Part shown: positions 62,311-64,000 of the stretch, piece by piece
Numbering within the stretch: position 1 is the stretch's first letter
Layout: each line of letters opens with the position of its first letter
Assembly: GCF_018350175.1 (NCBI RefSeq)
Contig: NC_058368.1
Coordinates: 34,474,001 to 34,538,000, forward strand
Source of the DNA: Felis catus
Lineage: Eukaryota
Direction of reading: 5' to 3'
DNA: 64,000 nucleotides
Made by a program: the position numbers and the translations under genes
Notes under the pieces: model-generated
What the model was told of the DNA's origin: nothing
What the model saw: the letters and a program-made list of their open reading frames with translations, nothing else
Database searches by the model: none

Positions 62311-64000
62311 AATAATTAAAGCTATATTCCTTTACTTTCACAAAGGATCAAAGGACAAAATAAGTTGAAAGCATATTGTGAAATACAGTAAAATATTTTC
62401 ATTATAATTAATATATTTATACTCAGGGCAGTTATTTGATATCATCTTGCTAGTTGGCTAAGAAATAATTTTGAGAGCCTGTTGTCTGAACAAACTATTG
62501 CCTGCCTTTTACCACAGCCCATAGCATGCATGGGATTATCAGATATCCCACTAGAATAATGAAGGCTACACAACATTTCAAACTTTGAATGAAGCTGAGG
62601 TATCTTAAGAATATGAAATGGAGATGCTGAGTTAAGACCTATTCATTGGTAGGGTGGAATAAGCGCATATTCATTTTAAATTCTAAATACCATAGTAGGA
62701 CACATAGACATATATAATTAAAGTGCAGTAGAAGGTATACAGAGATAACTATGTTACTTATAAAATTTAATATACACAGATATGCTCTTATTTAAGGGAA
62801 TCATGATTCCTACAATTATCTTTCATCCATGTTGGAATAAAAAAAACAATCAGAGAAGTCAAACTGACAGATACTACATTTTCTAGTAAACTAATGCAAT
62901 GAACACTCACACTGGGCATCTAAAGTAGTTATGAGAATAAACAATATATAAGTGGAAGGGATTTAATGAATATAGGAAACATAGACCAGTCATGCAACTT
63001 CCCTAGTGAAAATCTTTATGGCAACTGCACTTACTCACTTTCCAAACACTGCCATCAATGTAGATTTATGTTTTCTCTGGGGTTTTGTATGCAAACAGCA
63101 TTTTATTTTTTTTTCTTATTAAATTTCTTATTAAAATTATTTTCTTGTATATTTTCTTATATTTTCCCTGCTTTATCATCTACTCCCCTCTGTGTTACCC
63201 ATCATCTTCCAGGATTACCTCATTAAAAGTCTGTAGTGACATTTTATACCTTTCTTTTCTATATGCTTATGTAACCTTACAAAAAGAAATAGGCAGATAG
63301 CCTCACAAAGACATGAAATAATGATTTTTGGTTATTTGCTGATTACATATTCACAGCAAACACATCCATAAAAATCCCAGCTAGGCATGGCTAGATGTGT
63401 TTTATTTGTTTCTGGTTAGTAAACATCCTTTCATCAATATTTGTTGACATATTCTGCCTTCCTTGGAATAGCTCTTGTGCAAAATCCCATCCACATTCAC
63501 ATTACTTTTCACTCTATTCCAATTTCTTAATCTTAATCTTTCCTCCCAGAAATAGGCGTTTCAAGAAAGAAAAAGTGAGTAACCCTTTCTACCCACTGCA
63601 AGTTCACCTAATTTAATTGTTGATATGAAATACATAAATGTACCTAGAGGTGTACATTTTCATTGGGTGATAATTAGATGAGTGTCAAAATTAATCTTCA
63701 TACGAAACTCAAGCAGAAGACAAATATCATCAGCATAAAATGAACTCAGAGACCAAAGAATAAATTTGGTGTTACACAAAAGATAACAATTATTAATATT
63801 CTGTTATTAACATTGTAGTAGTTGATTACTTTTAAACATTTTAATATAATGGAGATACAATCAATTTTCAGATCAATTAACTATTGGATTGACTCTGTAT
63901 TTCCTATACTGAATATTTGCAATGCTAAGTAGATGCATTCTTTCACAGGAGGTCAGTTGTGAAACACATTATGTTTTTGGTTCGTTCAACCCAGACAGAA

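Overview
Mammalian (carnivore, almost certainly cat-family/Felidae) nuclear DNA: AT-rich, CpG-poor and non-coding, so intergenic or inside a very large intron. The taxon call rests on 26 tRNA-derived Can-SINE copies, several of the young felid SINEC_Fc type with clean target-site duplications (TSDs). The window also holds 3' fragments of old L1 LINEs, MIR and L2 remnants, CR1/L3 LINE relics with still-readable ORF2 motifs, MaLR/ERV solo LTRs, hAT MITEs (MER5A-, MER20-, MER81-like) and microsatellites. I found no credible protein-coding gene, RNA gene, CRISPR array or prokaryote-type system; the supplied ORFs are SINE/L1/CR1 translations or chance short ORFs. I did not find a convincing new biological system. 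The best leads are repeat-free, motif-dense candidate enhancers (about 57.9-58.6 kb and 9.9-10.5 kb), four inverted SINE pairs, an odd tandem SINE junction, a template-switch-like direct/inverted/direct repeat, a cruciform-prone AT-rich tract and a few splice-bounded candidate exons. Repeat family names come from recalled consensus sequences, not a database search.
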